A DNA stretch of 64,000 bases from Calcarisporiella thermophila CBS 279.70. Taxonomy: Eukaryota > Fungi > Calcarisporiellomycota. Numbering within the stretch: position 1 is the first letter of the stretch; each line of letters starts with the position of its first letter. Below, piece after piece: positions 24,523 to 37,500 of this stretch. The stretch is taken from contig NW_027192224.1 in NCBI RefSeq assembly GCF_041956535.1, positions 122,195 to 186,194 on the forward strand, written 5' to 3'. Below the pieces are notes generated by a model, which saw nothing but the letters and a program-made list of their open reading frames with translations, did no database searches and had not been told where the DNA came from. Both the position numbers and the translations under genes were made by a program.

Positions 24523-27500
24523 ATGCCGGAACATCACCTCCCTCTTTCACACCGCTCTATGTCGCCCCCGGCAATGCATGGTCAGCCACTATCGCCTCAC
24601 TCTAACGGACCTCGTCGATCGAGCGGCAATATGTCGGTAAGTTTAGCTAAATCGCATTAAATATGTTTTCATTCTACGACAATACGCATTTTTTTCGAAC
24701 CCCTATGCTTTCATGCACTATTTTGTTTTATTTTATTTGATTTGGATTTTATTTTGAATTATTCTCTCTCCATGAATAGATGAGTGTCATTGAGCAACCG
24801 GTGACTCGCTTGTTGGTGGCAACGAAAAGATTACTCGAGAATCTAACCAGCTGGTCGCAAGGACAGTTTCATGAGGAGCAAATCATCGATATCTATAATT
24901 CGTTAGTCACTCATTTCAATGCCACTCGAACTGCATTCCAAGAAGCGGGTATCGATATGAGGTAGAGATTTTGAAATTGTCTGTGCTTATAATTAATTCT
25001 TTTTTGGTAACATGCCTTTCACTTTAGTGATTTAAATCATATTCCTGAGGATCTTCGCACCTGTGTCACAGCTGCCTTGAAAGAACGACCACCCTCACGA
25101 GGACTTTCTCATCATATGCCCTCCATTCGTGAGGTCATCATGCGCTTGGTACACGGGCTGAAGCAAAAGCAGGCACTTTATCGTGAACGTTCTATTACCA
25201 GTGAACGAACAGGCCGCAAGATTTTGCGACCCTCAGACGGGGCCATTTATCAACAGCAACAGCAAATGCAACAGCAACAGCAGCAGCAGCACCAAGAGCA
25301 TCCCTCTAATCGATCATTTTCGGATAGTTTTACTACGCGACCCGCGGGATATTCTCGACCCGGTGGAGGAGCAGGGGGACTTCACTCCTCTATTTCACAG
25401 CCATCTATGAGGTCGGCCAACCCTGCTCTGCGCCCTCCACCGCTTCAGCTCAAGACATCTAATTTCCAGCAGCAAGGGCCGCTACCATCGCTAACCCCTC
25501 CCCAACAACCACAGCAATCTCCTCTAACCGATACCCGTAGCTCTGGTGGGTGGTCGGACCAGAAAGAGGCAGAGGCGATAGCTGCCTTAAGGCGGCAAGA
25601 GGATCTTGCGCGTCGATCCTCCGTGCGGCGCACGTCAGCAATGTATCGTGCTTCTACGATGAGAATGTCGGATAGACAGGCGCGAAGACAGACCCGACTG
25701 ATAGATTCACAGTTGCCTAGTACTGGTGCTGGTCAGCAAACGCCTCCCGTGCCTTTACAGATCACACCGCTTAGAGAACAAGTGTTAGCCGAAGAGAGCG
25801 AAGATGCTGCAACAGATGCATCCGTGATGTTAGGAAGACGACAAGCTGAGGCCGCTTTAGGAGCAAAGGAGAAATCACCCCTTGTACCGATAGAAAGTGG
25901 TTCGAATAAGGAAACGGCCACTTCTGAAAGTAAGAAGAGCATGTTAATATATGACGATATTTATAGCTTGGATCGATGCTTAACTCACCGTCTTTTTTTT
26001 TCCTTTAGGGCCATCCAGCTGGACTTTCTATCTACAAATCGGCAAACGCTGCAAGAAAGCTGTCCACGAAGGGGAAGTCAGCGAGGTCTCTTTGCGCATG
26101 CTTTTCATTGAAAAATTCAATTACAATCCACGGCAGGACGATTTTCCAAGCATTTATATCCGTGACCCGAAAACAGGCATCACATACGAACTAGAGGATA
26201 TGAGCGAAGTCAAAGACAATTCCGTGCTAATGCTCAATATTGAAGGTTCGTATTAAAAAATTCGTCCGTAATGTCCAATCTCTTTATAACGATCCGCCCC
26301 TTTCGCCTGATAATACAATAGAACTCGAGCAGGAGCATCTGAAGCGAGAAATTGCCGAGGGTTTTTCAAATGTGAATAAAGACATCACCGAACTTCGCAA
26401 GGCTCTGGAAATAACAACAGAGACTCTACAGCAAACCACTGCACAGCTTCAATCTAAGCCACCAGTGTCCGAGCCCGAACCCAACCCTACCCGTGAGTCC
26501 GCATTCACGTCTGCTCCTGAGCCCACACCCGCACCAGCTCCAGCATCAGAATCAGCGTCTGTGCCCCCACCCAAACCATCCGACGAGGACACAAGGACCT
26601 TGGAACTTCCTCCGCCTCCGCCACTCCCTGAATCGCTATTGCCTGAAGCGGAGAAATATACATTGCCACGCGCAGAGAAACCTGAGTCTTCAATATCGGA
26701 AAGTAAAGCTACCGAGGCGAGTAGAGAAGAAAAATCTTCGGGACCACTCCTTTTATCGGACAAAAAGGCCGTATGCACGGCTCTCGAAGCGGCGCAATCG
26801 GAAATTCTTCAACTCCAGATTCGCCTAACGGCCATCAGCAAAACCTATAGCGACTTCCAACAGGAGTCTCGACGAATGATCAAAGCCTTGGTGGAGAGAG
26901 CTGGAACTCTGGATCCACACGTGGAAATTAGTAAAAATCGGAAGGAGCTTCTCGACGGCAAGGAGAAAATGCTTTCACAAGCGGACACGATCACTGGACG
27001 CCTCCAGGATCTTCAAGATTTCGTGGATGAGCTGAAGTTGGATGTCACACAGCGGCGTAGCCGACCGAGTGAAAATCAACTGACCTATGTACAAAAGGAG
27101 GCGGATGAGCTCATGACCTTGATTGATGAGCATGGAAAGATGGTAAGAGGCGTGAAGCCAGTTTGGAAGCGCATATGGGAGGAGGAGCTGCAAACTATAA
27201 TTGGGGAGCAGCAGCTACTTAAAGATCAAGAGGACCTACTTCTTGATCTCGAGGACGACCATGAGTCCTTGATGGAGGTGTATGCTAACCTACGCAAGGT
27301 CGCGGCTATCCAGGCCCGCGCGCCTCCCTCTCCCCTTGAGTTCCGTGTGCCTGCTCCCAGCGATGGCCATGAGGGAATGGCAAGCGTGTTGCGTGAGGTT
27401 CAAACGATTTCTGTAGACCACGACAAGCGACTCAAGGCGATGGCACAAGCGGAAAAAATGCGGATGCTCGAGTTAAACAATCGCTTGGATGATTTCGAGA

Positions 27501-27649
27501 AAGAGCTGCAGGAGTTCGTCGCGGGTGGCCAACTGAAGAAACGTGGTGGAGCAGAGGAGGTAGAGCGAGTGCGAGCGCAAAAGAATCAGGAGGTTCTCAA
27601 AGCATTGTTCACGAAGGGAAATCCAGGAGAAGAGGGGGATATTTCATAG
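24523..27649 (+). CDS. BUD6: Bud6/Aip3 actin-interacting polarisome protein; about 4 introns
   Basis: IEQPVTRLLVATKRLLE; FYLQIG...LRMLFIEKFNY...IYIRDP...YELED; VKPVWKRIWEEELQ; LKKRGGAEEVERVR; poly-Q at about 25253-25290. Confidence 0.92.
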
Positions 27650-28580
27650 GTTATGCCAATTACTTGTTTATATAATTATTTCATATATATTATTAGAACC
27701 AGCTCATGGATATATTTCATCCTCTTCTCATCCTCCCCCACCCCCCCCCCCCCTTTTTTTTTTTCTGTGCGTGTGTTTGTTATATCCTGTTCATTATTCT
27801 ATTATAATTATTCTTTTTCACCTTCTAATCCCATAGGCTTTTCTACGCCTCTTCTCTAAAAGACTATTCCTCTCATACGCAAATTACCGAAATAAATAAC
27901 TTCATCTCTATTTCTCACCTGGGAAAATTTCAATTGGCCTAGCCGGTAGCCCCTCTTCCCGTACTGTGGTGGGGTCGTTTTAGTGATTTTTTCGTCAATT
28001 TAAGGGTGCATGGAAGTGTTTCCTGAAAAAGATTAAGATACGTGACGTGTGACTTTTGTGTCGCGCTTTCAAAAGATTCGAGGGGATAGACGCCTTATTT
28101 CATAAATTTTTCACGCTTCGAGGAGCCATTGCAAGTAAAAGAATTGGTATTTAATCAGAGAGAAATTGAGTTTAGCGGGAAGGATTGAATGAATGAGGTG
28201 AGCTGAACTGGCTGAAAATATATCACGTCATTTTTTTCATCTTGGGGAGCTTGATCTAAACTTGCCTCTCCCCTCTCCGTAATCCGAAAGATCATAGACT
28301 TTCGCACTAGGGAAAAGCCACGTCTGTATATACATTTTTTTTGAACAAGGCTTGGAAATAAGATATTGCGGTTTAGTGGTATGCTTTTAATTTCTACTCA
28401 CTCTTGATTAATGCTAATGCTCTGGTTTCGACTGAGCATTTATCAGTGTCAAGCTCTTCTTGATCCTTGAACCCTTCTCACATAAGCCATATGTATTAAA
28501 TTGCAGACACGATTAATATAGGTGCGAAACGTGCCCTGATCTCCACACAGGAGAAGTGCAAGATAATTATTACTCAGACG

Positions 28581-31500
28581 ATGCTGGAAGAAGAGGGCGA
28601 AATGACAAATGAAACCCCTATGTCTCTAGAAGATACACCCGCTGAATTAGAGGAAAAGGGTGATATATCAATTGCATCAGACACACAACCTACAACCACG
28701 GTTCCTCTTTGTTCGGAATCCGCGTATACATTATCACCCATGCATATAGTTCAGGTGCATTCGAATGAGACGAAAGATCAGCGGGATGCGGAATTAGATC
28801 CAAACATCTCATATGAGGGGTCATCTCCAGAAGAAAATTCACCCGCGAATCTAGTTCTGCAGCACCCTACATCGTCCAAACCTCTCCCTACCCCTCTACG
28901 TACGGGCAAGCAGCGCGCTTGGCAACCCCAGCGCGCTAAGAGAGCCTTTAAACCAATGCGTATATCACCTGCAAAAGCGGCGCGGAGGGTGCAGCAAAGG
29001 CCGTCTGGTTCGGGTAGAGATGGAGCGAACTATGAACATGGAGAAATCGGAAGGCCCAGAATCGATGAAGAATTGGATCTGAGCGAATATGAGGAAGAGA
29101 TTGAAGATGAGGGAGAAGAGGAGGAGGCTAGCGAGGAAAGAGGGATGGACGAATTCGATGAAGACGGATTGGAGGCAGAAGAATCGATTCACACTAGAGA
29201 AGAAGGCGAAGATAACGGGGAAGCTGAAGAGGGGGAGGAGGAGGAAGAGGAAGAAGAAGAAGAAGAGGAGGGGAAGGAGCAACATGAGAAGCTTCATGGG
29301 AAAATGAAGTCTCGACTGAAGGAGGATAAGATGGTTGCCATAATGGAAGAGGATGACTTCTTGGTTGTACACGAAAATATTTTAAAAGGACTTAAAGATG
29401 GTAACCGTTTTCCAGATCTGCTGACAATTCTAAAAAGTTGGAAAAGATAAATTGATGGAGTTTTAAATGTCATTTTTGCTGTAGATATTGATCCAACACA
29501 GCGGATAGTCGAGGCCATTTCCTTTGCGGAGCAGATACTTGGAATTGAACAAGCAGACGTGCAAGAAGCTAGTTTAAGTCACCAAGGAGAAGATATACTC
29601 GAAACAATGCGTGATGGAGTTGCAAATTATGCGACAGCTCTGTTAAATCGAGGGTAATTTTTGAGCTATTACTGTTTCAGTTTCTTTCACGTCCATCTCA
29701 CGCAGAGTTTTTGAACCATAGGGAATATGATGCAGATTACTTGCCCAATCTTGTAAACAATTTTTTACAACGGGTACTTGACCTTACCATTGTTTTGTTG
29801 CACCGGTTTGAGACCAAAGTGCGTGCACATTCACGCGCAGGCGACAGTAATATTATTGCGACCTCAGCATTGCCGGATAAATTAGCAGAAGTTGCAACGC
29901 GAATACTTGGCGATGCAGATGCTCCTTTTTATAGATGGGTGTGTCTTGAGTATGGGTATCAAGCGCGATTTCCCCAGGTAGTTTCCGTTTCCTTTTTACT
30001 TGAGAAAGGGGAGTTCTGAGTTATTCTATGTTTATGAATTAGTTTACGGACGTGGAGTTCGATGCAGACGACGTCCTCTCGGGCGAAAAGGTCCGTGTCC
30101 AATTTTAATTTTGACATAACGCAGCATTTTAATCTAGTGGTTATCGGCCTATTTATTAGTTTGAACCTACCCACATTTCAAAATACCAGCTAGAAAATGT
30201 ACAGTATTTCGTGCGCAAGGGAGGCGTAGAAGCTGTCCTTGGAGCACTCCAATGCAGTTGGTCTTCGGATTCTGAAAGGAGAGGGGTTCCTCTGGATTTA
30301 ATTACTGTTTGGACGTTAGTTCGGTTGGTAACAAAGGTATAGTTTATTCTTTTCCTACATATATATTTTCACTTTGGCAAATAAATAATATTCCTCGATT
30401 TAGATTGGAGTGTTTGCGGCTGAGAATCCTGATGATATCCCGCTGACTGAATCTTATCAGGAGAATATCTTCCGCATCAATCAGGCAGTACGCTGGCACA
30501 TGCTTGCAATTCCGGACTCTCTATTCAAGGGCTATGACCGCAATCTGATACAAACGCTAATGGGAATGATGTCTGTATTGGTGCTTGCACCAGTTCGAAT
30601 ACCACTTCAAATGGAGTCACAAGTGTCTCGTCAACGCCTTCTTCAAATGACAAACACACGGCTCACCAGGTCACAACCCAGCAGCGAAAAAGTGGATGAT
30701 GATAAACTCGGTGAGTGCAAGGATGATAAAGAAGAGAGCGGGGAGAACGGAGAGGAACAAGTGTGTGATAATAAAGAACGTGGCGAAGAGAGCAATATCC
30801 ATCTCGGGAGCGAGCTGAGGGTACTTTTGGAGCACGCATCGATGGCACGACGTGCGATTGAGCGATTCCTGAAGCTAGCGGATTTAAAACTTGATGTTGC
30901 TACTCGACTGCTTAAAAACACGCGCCTGGACCTGCGGCTGTGTGGTCTTGCCGAGATAAAGAATGTAATTGTGGAAGGCTATACGAGTATGCAGAAACAA
31001 CAGCAAATGGCACAGTTTCCAGCTAAAATATTTATAGCACCGGGACAAGAAGTAGAATGCGACATTGGGGAGAAATGGGAGGAAGCGCTGGGGGTCATAG
31101 TCAGATGGATTCGAGAGACGAAGCTTCTCGATTACATTTATGGCGCCAGTGCGCATCTGGAATTGATGCAGCGGTCCTCGGATATCCTTGAATTTCTGGT
31201 ACAAATGCATTCTCTAGAACTTTGTGATCTCGATGTAGTCTGGTCATCTGTAGTTGGAAATCAACATCGGTCGATTGTACACGGGGTTATGAAGGTTCTC
31301 GAGACAATTGCCCAATCTCTCGGAAAGGAGCACTATGACTACCTTTTCCGTAAACTTATAGCCATGCCTCTCCACCAATTTGACCAGCAAACGTATCAGC
31401 TGATTTACACGCTATGTATGTCAATGATATCCCAGGCACGAGTGGTGGGAGGAGGGAACACGGAGATGATTGTAAATTAGCACATAAAGATATTGCTGAC

Positions 31501-34500
31501 TTTTTCGGCACACTAAAATCCTTTACTTTTAGGACCAATCACATATTTCTCTGGATGCATATCTGCTTCTTTACCATATTCTTCGTGTTTCTGCCGGTCC
31601 TTCTCCACGCGGTGTCAGCCCGCCTTTTGCTCCACTCACCTCCCCGACAATCCCGTCGCACTCTGCGCCGGCCTCGCAGTTAGCTTCCATCGAGCCGCAT
31701 TTTCTTGGCAAATATTTCTCTTTACTGAGTTGGGCACTACAGTATGGTCCAGACGCAGAGGGAAAGCAACAGCTGAAAATGATGTGCATAGAGGATTTGC
31801 GAACCCATCACCCGGGCGTTTCATGGGGGCTGCGGGTCTTGATGAGAGTGCTAGGTATGCATTCACATATAATGGTGCGGTTCGAGAATTGAGCGCTTAC
31901 ACTGTATTTTTTTTTCTTGTTCAGATGTCATTGAAGCTCGAGACGGAACCGAGGCCTTGAATCAATCCTTCAATGAGCTATATGATATCCACCACCTCCC
32001 TAATCTTTTTCTTGATGACTTAGTGCACTGGTCGCAAGCGGCCAGACAAGCACTAGAAGAGCGACGGAGTAGCCTGGCATCCACTAGATCAATGGCACTG
32101 AAACGAGGTAGCGTGGCAACAATAATTGAAGGTGGCGGGGGTGATCCACTCTCTCCCACGAGCCCAACTCTATCGGTTGCCTCAAATATGCCACATATGA
32201 CGAATTTTTTGCAAGAGCAGCTGCGGTCTCGTCTTGATTTCTTGCAGTTTGCTATGAATGTTCCCGATAGGCCTTTAATATCTCGAGTTGAACAAGCGGA
32301 CGTTGTGTGGAACACTTTGATTTTGGACGCCGTTGGTGATAAGGAGCGGGACGAAGCATTTTCCTATTTAGGAAAAATTGGCATATATGAAGGGTTCAAT
32401 GAACACTTCTTCCGACAGCGTATATCCGACCTTGATATTCAAGATAGAGGCTTTTCACAACAAGGATTCGCATATTTGCGGACATGCTTGATCGGGATAA
32501 ATCGGCTTAAAGGCAATATTCGAGAGGTTGGTAATTCCCTTCACCTTTCTTCCCTCTCAACAAAGTTCCTAAGGGGGATTTCCTCTACTTTTCTCTTAGT
32601 TGAATGGAAAACTAGTCGTCGTAAAAGAGGAAGAGGGCCTTGAACATTTGTGGAAAATTGTACTATGTTGCGAAAATGATTTAGTAGGACGCATGGCAAT
32701 AGAGTTTTTAGTCGAACTTGCTCTAAGTGTACTCTATTTTTTTGGACAAACATTTTATATCTTGTGTTGATTTTCTGACCACTTTTTTTCCAGACCGATC
32801 CTACGCTTCCCAACTTCAATATGATGAGACGAAAGCGATGGCGTGCTCTTATGGACACTAGCCTTGCCCATCTCTTTAGATCGGCGGAATACCTATCCGC
32901 TTATACTGAAGGAGTGTCAAGAGCAAATATACACCCTCCCGCTAAACTCTTCAACACGGGTGAAGCTGGAATCGAGAGAATTGTTGACAGTCTCCCGTCC
33001 ACGCCAGTGATCCATATGCTTGAGAGTGACGACAAAGAAGATATCTGCAAAAAAGCGTCTTTAGTTTTTCGCCGGTGTTTGTCTGTACTTATTTACTTCT
33101 TGGACAGTTATGATGTATTATATCCAGCAACGAAGCATTCAAACAATCTTCCGCAAAGACATTCGGATTTAGACGAGGCTCGTATGATCGAGTTAAAAAT
33201 CATCATTCACACCGTAAGTTTTCTACACCTTGTAGCATATCTATTCAATCGGTCTCTAAGTTGACATTCCTCCTTTCTTGTAGACATCTGAGAGAGTCCG
33301 TCTCCAGATACACCCAACAGAAACCGTGTTTCAGCTCCGTCGTAAAGTCGCAAGCCTCATAAATGCGTCGTCTACAGCTGAAGTCTTCATGATCTATGCG
33401 GGGCAGGAGCTCAACTCTGCTGTTTATGACTGCAAAACTTTACACGAAATTGGGCTTTCTGATGGAAACGCCGTGAATGTTGCGCGAAGACTTTCCGGCG
33501 ATACTCGGGTTAAAAACGCTGGTTCGCTACTTAATCAAGGACAGACATCACAAACTATTGGAACTGACGCTGAGAAGAACGCAAATGCTTCTCAGGCAGA
33601 GATAGATGCCGGGCATCCGTTGGATGTGCTAGCACTTGATGAGCTCTCCGACCAATTCCTAGAGATGTTGCGACTAAGAGAAGAGTTTGCTGCTCAGGTG
33701 TGGGAGTTTATGATGCGTCTTCCCACCAACCGTCACGTATTCGAAAATCTACGACTACTTAAATCAAAAACGGGTGGGCAAGTTGACAATTGGAATGTAA
33801 TACTAGACCAAGAATCGATTTTCCGGCTCTACTACGCCCTTTTGGTCGTGCATTATTTCCTGCTAAAGGTTGACGAAGGGGTGAGAAAAATAATTAATTG
33901 AGTATTTATTTGTTCGCGCTTATAGACATTTTCTCTATTTGTATTCATTAGGTTGGCTCGCAAACTTGGAAGCAGCGGTTTGTGGAATTAGGCGGTGTAA
34001 ATCACTTAATCTCCGTGCTGGTATCTGAAAATTTATGGGCATCTGAAAACAGAAACTATGCAAACACCCCAACTGCGATGGATGTGGAGCTTACAGGGAA
34101 AGAGCTCTCGCCAACTTCCCTCGCTATGGACCCGGGTAATAGTGCGGCGATGCCTAAGACTGACGCTGGTTTGATGATGACAAAGCTGTGCTTTGTGCTA
34201 ATATTAAAAGTTCTGAATATATTCTTCATGGGTAAGCTGGCCAGCATTTAACTTTTACAATTCACCAGTTTAATATAGTGTACATTTTTTCAACTTTAGA
34301 TGAGCAGTGCAAAAAGAGCCTCGACAAGCTCAACAATGTAGACCAGTCAGAGCTTATCAATCGTCTACTCTGGCTGGTGGAAGGTGCCACAACTTGTATC
34401 GGTGACGAGGAGCCAAGTAAATTTATAACGTCTTCGTATCTCTAATCCTTTTATTAATTGAGATTATTCGTATAGAGAAAGAAAATATAAGCATTGTCAG

Positions 34501-37500
34501 CTCTGCCATGCGTTTACTTGTCTGGCGCCTAACTTCTAACGTATCGGCTCTGCGCGTCTTCTATGAAGTTTCAACACTGCGTGAATGGGTTGGGGGTGTT
34601 CTCTTACGCTGTTCATCGGAAGATTTACGGGCTCTGGCAGCAGGAGAAATCGAAAAACTCTGCCAGAGTGTACAACCTGAAACAGGAGTTGTCCATCCTC
34701 TTGTTTACCTCCTAAATCTCCTTACCTCCCTACTACCAGAACTCGAAACCTATGCACTTACTTGCAAGGAATTTTTCAACTTGTTTAATTGGCTACTGAC
34801 CCAGGCCTCGAATACCCATGAATCAGCAGGATTGGATTTCCCGGAGCTCTTGGACCATATGATTGAGGCTATTGAACAGCACCCCGTTGTGGAGACTTCT
34901 TCGAAGGGCGTGGAGGACACGGTGTTGGTGGGCTTACTAAGGTTGACTACAACTCTGTTGCGAAGTAAACCGAAAATAAAAGAAATGCACGAGATGAGCA
35001 AAAGGTAAATTCGTAGTATATCTTTTGTCGCTCTACGGTGAATCATTAATGGTGTGACTTCTTTACTAGATTAATCAAGCTTGTACACCATTGCCTCTTC
35101 GATATCCCCCTTATTGATCACCTCTCCGCCTCTGCTCCACCCAAATGTAAGCTTAGTACCACTCGGGATACCGCAATGAAGTTACTCCTGGAGCTAGTAC
35201 AGGAATGCCCCGATAACCTCTTATATTTGTTCGACCTGCTTTTCAACCAGCTGCAAAGGGGTATGTATATAAGCTTTATTTTTATTGAAATTCTGATTTC
35301 AATTGCTGATTTTTTGAACTCACGGTTGTTTTATAAGACAAAACCGCCAGCGATCGGTGGAATTACAATCCCCAAGCACTTCAGAAGGCGGAGTGCGGTT
35401 ATGTTGGGCTGGTCAACCTCGGAGCCACATGTTATGTAAACTCTCTCGTACAGCAATTCTTTATGAACCCCCCTTTCCGGCGCGATATAATGTCCACTTT
35501 GCCGCATGATCCTGATAGGGAGAATCTCCTTTATCAGCTGCAGCTTATGTTTGCACATCTGCAGGAGTCGGAAAAAAAGACATATAATCCCCGTAGCTTT
35601 TGTGAAGCGTTTAAGGATTTCGACGGAAGCCCCTTGAACGTGAGTGTGCAAATGGATGTTGACGAGTTTTTCAATATGCTCTTTGATCGGCTCGAAAATT
35701 TGGCCACGGGTCTTCCTCAATCGACTCTATTTAAAAGACTTTATGGCGGTACTTTCTTGCACCAAATCAAGAGCATGAACTGCCCACATATCTCCGAACG
35801 AGAGGAGAATTTCTTCGCTATCCAGTGCGAGGTCAAGAACAAGAAGACGGTTGAAGAGAGCTTGCAACTGTATGTAGAGGGTGAGATGCTGGATGGAGAC
35901 AACCAGTACTTCTGTGCAGCATGTGGTGTCAAAGTCGACGCGGTGAAGCGTGCATGCATTAAGTCGTTGCCAGAAAACCTAATATTGCATTTAAAACGGT
36001 TCGATTTCGATATGGAGAACATGCGTCGGGTAAAGATAAATGACGAATTCGAGTTTCCCGAACGCTTGAATATGGAGCCGTATATGTTGGAATATCTAAA
36101 GCGAACTGAAGCGTCGGTGGCTGGTGAAGAGGGGGAGGAGGCCGAGGGCATGGTTGGTGTGGTGGAATCGGGAGGTAACTTTTCCTCTCTGCTACTCGAT
36201 TCCCAGTACGAATATGAGCTAGTGGGTGTATTGGTTCATTCGGGTACAGCGGATTCGGGTCACTATTACTCCTTTATTAAAGAGCGAGATAGTGCTGGTG
36301 GCTCAGGGGGCGATACACCCTCGTTATTAGGCAAGTCGCTGCCCGGTACCCGGAAGTGGTATCATTTCAACGACTCCAATGTCGAGGTGTTTGACCCCGC
36401 CGAAATACGACAGCAGTGCTTTGGAGGCTTCGATACGGTGTCGCAATGGGATCCTGTGCAACAGAAAACCATGCAGCATCAAATACAAAAACAGCACAGC
36501 GCCTACATGCTCTTCTACGAAAAGGTTAAGGGAAAATCAGAGCAATCACTGCGAGATAGTGTGGCTCATGAGGAGCACCTAAAACCAGCAGAAGAACGCA
36601 CGACTCCGCAAATTGCTGACGAAGGAATGCGGGAATTATATATGAGCGTGTGGCGCGACAACACAAGCTTTCTTCGCGACACTTATCTATATGATTCAAC
36701 CTTCTTTCAGTTTATGAGGAGTTTGCTTGAAATTCGTTCTCCAACCTCTTCCGAGAACGGCCAGGATGCCTCCACTCCAGTTCTCGACGAGGTGATGAGG
36801 GACGTGGACGAAAGGGCCGAGATTGGCATAAGGAAGCTGCAGCTCGGGATTATGTTCTACATAAACGTTCTTGTTCACGCGAAGCGCGAACGCGATGAGT
36901 TAGCGGAATGGACTGATTTCTTGCGCAAACTTCTCGAACGCTTCCCCGAGGGCTGTCGCTGGTTTTTGCTCATGCTGACGAAAGACAAAAGCCTCAACTT
37001 GCAGTTGCTGCTCTCTTGCCAGATTGAGGTTGCTCGAAGAAGCTTCGCGCAATTGGTGGCGACTGCCCTTCAGACCCTGAATCAGGAGAGCCCACACCTC
37101 TTGTTCGAGAGGCAATCGCGTAGGTCAGCTTCAGATATGGATGCCTCCGCCGAGGACGACGAACTTCTCATCGAAAGTTTCCTTTCGCTGCTTACTTTTC
37201 TTCTCTCTGAGGCAGAACATTATTGGCGCAATCTCGATCAACTCTTTCATCTGTTCGTTATCACAGCCCAATTGGATCCTTACGTGAGCTCTATGATGGT
37301 AGAGCATGGAATTCTAACCCGATTGCTTGAGTTCTACATGGCCGACGAGTTGAAGCACCCAATCATCCCAAATAATAAGCGGCGTGAGAAGGCTGTTGTG
37401 TATATGCTCGGGTTTCTCCTTGAGGCATTAAGCGTACTGATTCTGACATGCGACGTGCCGGCTAGTTTCGCTGCAGACGATGAACCGGAACAAAGTGAGG